Source: Squalus acanthias (taxonomy: Eukaryota). From it: 64,000 nt of DNA. Positions 63,284 to 64,000 of the stretch are shown piece after piece. Below the pieces are notes generated by a model. It made no database searches and had not been told where the DNA came from. It saw only the letters and a program-made list of their open reading frames with translations. Numbering within the stretch: the stretch's first letter is position 1; every line of letters begins with the position of its first letter. The DNA lies in NCBI GenBank assembly GCA_030390025.1, contig JASTWF010000338.1, positions 1 through 64,000 of the forward strand, read 5' to 3'. Made by a program: the position numbers and the translations under genes.

Positions 63284-64000
63284 TAACAATTCAATTCTAC
63301 AACAATCGATCCCAATAATTGAACCCAATAGGTTAAAGTCTTAAGTCCAATTTTGTCAGCACGCTGCGACATTCGATGTCTGCTGATAACGGGAGATAAA
63401 TTCTTAAAACTGCTGGATCTCTTGCTCTGCCATCAACCTCTTATCAAACTGGAGCTGGCATTGCCTAATATGGTCGTCTCTGGCTACTGCACAGTCCAGA
63501 GACACAAGTCTGCATTTTCTTCAACACACATCAACAATGTTAGAAGCAGGTAAAAACACTGTGGCCTTCCTGGGGCAGCACAAACCACTAGTCTCCAGAC
63601 TTTCCTTATCCCAACATCATATTTCTGATCGAAACATTCTATGATGAAAATATCCAAGGCCAGTTGGTTGCAAACACCAGCTGTTGCTCAGTGAAATCTC
63701 TCTCTCTCTCTAATGATACTGACCACATTTCCCCCGATATCGAATGAACTAAACATGAACACCTTTCAGAAGCTGAATTAACCGAGGTCCATATGCCAAC
63801 ACCCCTCTCATCTTCCATTCACTTCAATTGAAAGGAAACCGACAGATTGGACCAGTCAGGATTTGAAAGATATTTACAACAGATTCTAGATGTTCTTAGA
63901 GTTGGGATCTTTCTCTATTCTGTCCACTCGAGGAGTTAGATAACAGACTTTCTCCTGTGAATATAGAGCTGGGGTATTGGGCCGTGATGTGTTCACTTGT
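63284..64000 (+). pseudogene. Candidate EBLG copy 3 (runs off window end)
   Basis: Single frame from 63361, with stops, carries several motifs colinear with bornavirus G gp43. Confidence 0.75.

Overview
Repeat-saturated vertebrate DNA, most likely from a cartilaginous fish (shark). That inference rests on an HE1/V-SINE-like SINE, many HER1/CR1 LINEs and a 67-bp satellite. The host scaffold is a tandem cluster of minus-strand, KRAB-less C2H2 zinc-finger genes: one intact 14-finger gene, two damaged paralogs and smaller remnants. The three main units share a CpG promoter and a non-coding first exon. Embedded in the cluster are about 18 CR1 LINE pieces, a full-length Tx1 element inserted into a Penelope pLTR, six Penelope-type minimal hammerhead ribozyme motifs, a Harbinger-like MITE and several minisatellites/satellites. 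There are three kinds of viral fossil. (1) An internally deleted endogenous foamy (spuma) provirus with an LTR, a tRNA-Lys PBS and RNase H/integrase/env remnants. (2) Three copies of a degenerate sequence that translates colinearly with the C-terminal half of the bornavirus glycoprotein G (candidate EBLG); it is not visible in the ORF track, and two copies abut ZNF 3' ends. (3) Two diverged env-like remnants. All homology calls are by eye against remembered family motifs; no searches were run.
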